A DNA stretch of 64,000 nt, taken from NCBI GenBank assembly GCA_964600985.1, contig CAZRJR010000001.1:147270-211269 (forward strand), read 5' to 3'. The notes below the pieces were generated by a model, which was not told where the DNA came from, ran no database searches, and was given only the letters and a program-made list of their open reading frames with translations. The stretch is from an uncultured Candidatus Saccharibacteria bacterium (GTDB taxonomy: Bacteria; Patescibacteriota; Saccharimonadia; CAILAD01; JADZBC01). A program made the translations under genes and the position numbers. Positions 61,758 through 64,000 of this stretch are shown here, piece by piece (the first letter of the stretch is position 1; each line of letters begins with the position of its first letter).

Positions 61758-62021
61758 ATGAAGTCCAGCGCGAAAACAAAACGCTACTATGAGTCTGACT
61801 TTGCATTCTTGGTTAAGGCGGCGCTCTACCTTATACTTGGTCTCACCTGGTTATCTATTAGCTCACATCGCATAATTCCAATCGGCGTTATGCTTGGTTT
61901 TGCTTTTTCAAAGGTCGATGCCCTGCGGATTGATCGCAAAATAGAATATGCTCTCCTGGTGGTAGGTGCCCTGCTTGGGCTGGTATTTACTGGCATTGGC
62001 TTAACTTTAGCAATTGGTTAG
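61758..62021 (+). CDS. Hypothetical small membrane protein (two TM segments).
   Basis: 87 aa with two hydrophobic segments. Confidence 0.45.
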   Translation: MKSSAKTKRYYESDFAFLVKAALYLILGLTWLSISSHRIIPIGVMLGFAFSKVDALRIDRKIEYALLVVGALLGLVFTGIGLTLAIG

Positions 62022-62030
62022 GGCACTCGC

Positions 62031-62405
62031 GTGGTGAACATGGGGGGCCTAAACCCTACGCCGGCCTTTATAGTTAGCTTGCTGCCGATTCCATTCCTGC
62101 TCTACTATAATGTGATTGTAATGCGCTTGGTTTGGCAGGTGCGCATGCACGCGCGTAGCAAACATTTGCGTTACCCAGCGATTTATCAGCAGGGGAGGGC
62201 GCTTGGCTTGCTGTCGGCTTGTTTTGCGCTGGTGCCCGCAGTGGCTGAGTGGCGTGTATTTGTGCTTAACCCATACTGGGCGGTTTCGTACATAATTGGT
62301 GGAATTTTGGGTGTGTGGGCGCTTATTATGGTTCGCAAAGGTCTCGAGCAGGAGCTACGGCGCATTCCAGCAGCACGCTCAACTGGCTCTAAGCACAAAA
62401 AGTAG
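62031..62405 (+). CDS. Hypothetical membrane protein (three to four TM segments).
   Basis: 124 aa. Hydrophobic segments are separated by basic loops. Directly follows the preceding small membrane gene. Confidence 0.45.
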   Translation: MVNMGGLNPTPAFIVSLLPIPFLLYYNVIVMRLVWQVRMHARSKHLRYPAIYQQGRALGLLSACFALVPAVAEWRVFVLNPYWAVSYIIGGILGVWALIMVRKGLEQELRRIPAARSTGSKHKK

Positions 62406-62560
62406 TTGACACTCCTGTTATTTATCTGTTACACTAGCCACTGGTCAAAACAATTCCAAAGGCTTTACAGCTGGGAAGTGATTAGGTCCGGACTCCAACC
62501 TGGAAACCCATCTACTTGCCAGGATTTGTTTTTAGAACTAACAAATAATCAAGGATAACC

Positions 62561-63163
62561 GTGAAAGCTTTGCTCGCAAAAAAAATCGGCATGACCCAGA
62601 TCTTCGATGAATCGGGTGTTATGACTCCAGTCACCGTGCTGGAGGCTGGCCCATGCGTGATTACTCAGCTTAAATCAGTAGACCGCGATGGCTACAGTGG
62701 TGTGCAAATTGGTTTTGGTCAGGCTAAGCACCAGCCAAAGCCCCAGGCTGGCCACCTGGCTGCCGCCAAGGCTAATAGCCGGCACTTAGCCGAGGTGCGC
62801 ACTGATGAACCTGCCGATATGTCGGTTGGCGATGAAGTAAAAGCAGATGTTTTTGCCGTCGGTGATAGCGTGCAAGTAAGTGCTATTTCCAAGGGCAAAG
62901 GCTTTGCCGGCACCATTAAGCGTCATAACTTCAAGCGTGGACCAAAGACCCACGGTAGCCACAATTATCGCGCTCCGGGATCGATTGGTGCGGGCTACCC
63001 ACAGCACGTGTTTAAGGGCCAGAAAATGGCCGGTCAAATGGGCAACAAGCAGGTTACTGTAAAGAACCTTAAGATCATGGAAGTTGACGTTGCCAATAAC
63101 GTGCTCGTAGTGCGTGGCGCAGTGCCTGGCCCTAAGAAAAGTTTAGTAATGGTGAAGGGCTAG
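62561..63163 (+). CDS. rplC: 50S ribosomal protein L3.
   Basis: GTG start. ALLAKKIGMTQIFDE..., FKGQKMAGQMG. 200 aa. RBS aagga. Confidence 0.93.
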   Translation: MKALLAKKIGMTQIFDESGVMTPVTVLEAGPCVITQLKSVDRDGYSGVQIGFGQAKHQPKPQAGHLAAAKANSRHLAEVRTDEPADMSVGDEVKADVFAVGDSVQVSAISKGKGFAGTIKRHNFKRGPKTHGSHNYRAPGSIGAGYPQHVFKGQKMAGQMGNKQVTVKNLKIMEVDVANNVLVVRGAVPGPKKSLVMVKG

Positions 63164-63166
63164 GCT

Positions 63167-63796
63167 ATGAAGGTACCAACTTATACTAAAACTGGCACCA
63201 AGGCTACTACCGAAGTTGCACTCGACAAGTCTGTGTTTGAATTAACGCTCAATCCAGAATTGCTCAGCCTGGCCTATCGTCGGGCTTTGGCTAACCGCCG
63301 TACTAACAATGCCCAGACCCTTACTCGTGGTTTGGTGGCTGGTGGCGGCAAGAAGCCCTGGCGCCAAAAGGGCACCGGCCGCGCGCGTGTTGGTTCGAGT
63401 CGTACGCCTCTCTGGCGTACCGGGGGTATTGTGTTTGGTCCAACTGGCAACGAAAACTACAGTATTGACATGACGCGCAAGATGATTCGTGGCTCTATAG
63501 CTCAGTCGCTCAGCGCCCAAGCTAAGAATGTACGTGTAATTGAGGCATTTGCTCCAGTCGAAGCCAAAACCCGCGCTGCAGTTGACCTGCTGGCCAAGCT
63601 CGGCGTAGAGGGGCGTGTACTTATTGTGGTGGAAAAGATGAACGACACGATCGTTCGTGCAGTTGCAAACTTGCCGCAAGTGCAGGCTGTAACCGTACCA
63701 CGAGTAACCGCCTTTGATGTACTAAATGCCGACGCAATTATTATCGAAAAACCAGCCCTTGACAGCCTTAAAACCTGGCTAGGAGGGACTAAGTAA
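63167..63796 (+). CDS. rplD: 50S ribosomal protein L4.
   Basis: 209 aa. [16 protein letters not shown] motif. Confidence 0.93.
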   Translation: MKVPTYTKTGTKATTEVALDKSVFELTLNPELLSLAYRRALANRRTNNAQTLTRGLVAGGGKKPWRQKGTGRARVGSSRTPLWRTGGIVFGPTGNENYSIDMTRKMIRGSIAQSLSAQAKNVRVIEAFAPVEAKTRAAVDLLAKLGVEGRVLIVVEKMNDTIVRAVANLPQVQAVTVPRVTAFDVLNADAIIIEKPALDSLKTWLGGTK

Positions 63797-63805
63797 TGGC
63801 ACAAC

Positions 63806-64000
63806 TTATACTCAAGCCAGTTATCTCCGAAAAAAGCATTATGCTTGCCTCAAGCCGTGTGTATACATTTGAAGTTCCTATGGCGACCAATAAGATTGAA
63901 GTTGCGCGCGCTATTAAGTCTGCGTTTAACGTTGACGCCACCGCTGTACGCATGATTATTACTAAAGGTAAGATAAAACGCTTTAAGGGTCAGACTGGAC
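63806..64000 (+). CDS. rplW: 50S ribosomal protein L23, 3'-truncated at the window edge.
   Basis: [14 protein letters not shown]...KIEVARAIKSAFNV is typical of L23. Confidence 0.9.

Overview
This window looks like a core chromosomal stretch from a small bacterial genome with about 50% G+C and compact gene spacing. The gene content is reminiscent of a Saccharibacteria/CPR-type reduced genome, but that is an inference from content only. Standard genetic code is used; TGA stops are present.

Coding content is mostly housekeeping and mostly on the + strand:
- DNA repair and replication: uvrC (5'-partial), ligA, dnaE, radA, recG, rnhB.
- Translation: gatC, gatA, gatB, tyrS, and a fragmented str/S10 ribosomal cluster (rpsL, rpsG, fusA, tuf, rpsJ, then rplC, rplD, rplW).
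- Transcription and proteostasis: rpoB, rpoC, nusA, clpC, clpP, tig, htpX.
- Cell wall: a class A PBP and an Rpf-like transglycosylase.
- Other: folD, purF, a family-5 solute-binding protein, and several small membrane or hypothetical proteins.

Nine tRNA genes are present: Leu-CAG, Leu-GAG, Leu-TAA, Leu-TAG, Val-TAC, Val-CAC, Gly-GCC, Phe-GAA and Cys-GCA.

The observations most worth a second look:
1. Two ORF-free intergenic blocks of roughly 550 nt, one between rplS and rnhB and one between fusA and tuf. Each sits behind a near-consensus TTGACA-17-TAnnAT promoter and is bounded by hairpins, so each is a candidate large structured ncRNA. I could not match either to RNase P RNA, tmRNA or SRP RNA by eye.
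2. A 75-nt motif present twice (8512-8586 and 9662-9736). Its ends are conserved and an internal helix shows compensatory changes. Each copy lies next to a tRNA gene and a 17-20 nt direct repeat of that tRNA's 3' end, which resembles an att-site footprint.
3. Decayed tandem copies of the tRNA-Leu 5' half upstream of two tRNA-Leu genes.
4. A roughly 3.1 kb, partly G+C-richer insertion of small hypothetical genes and hairpin-dense non-coding DNA, splitting rpsJ from rplC.
5. A small membrane-anchored protein with an R-x4-H (HEPN-like) motif, translationally coupled between gatA and gatB.
6. An Rpf-like muralytic protein with a poly-histidine N-terminus.

No CRISPR array, integrase or transposase was seen.
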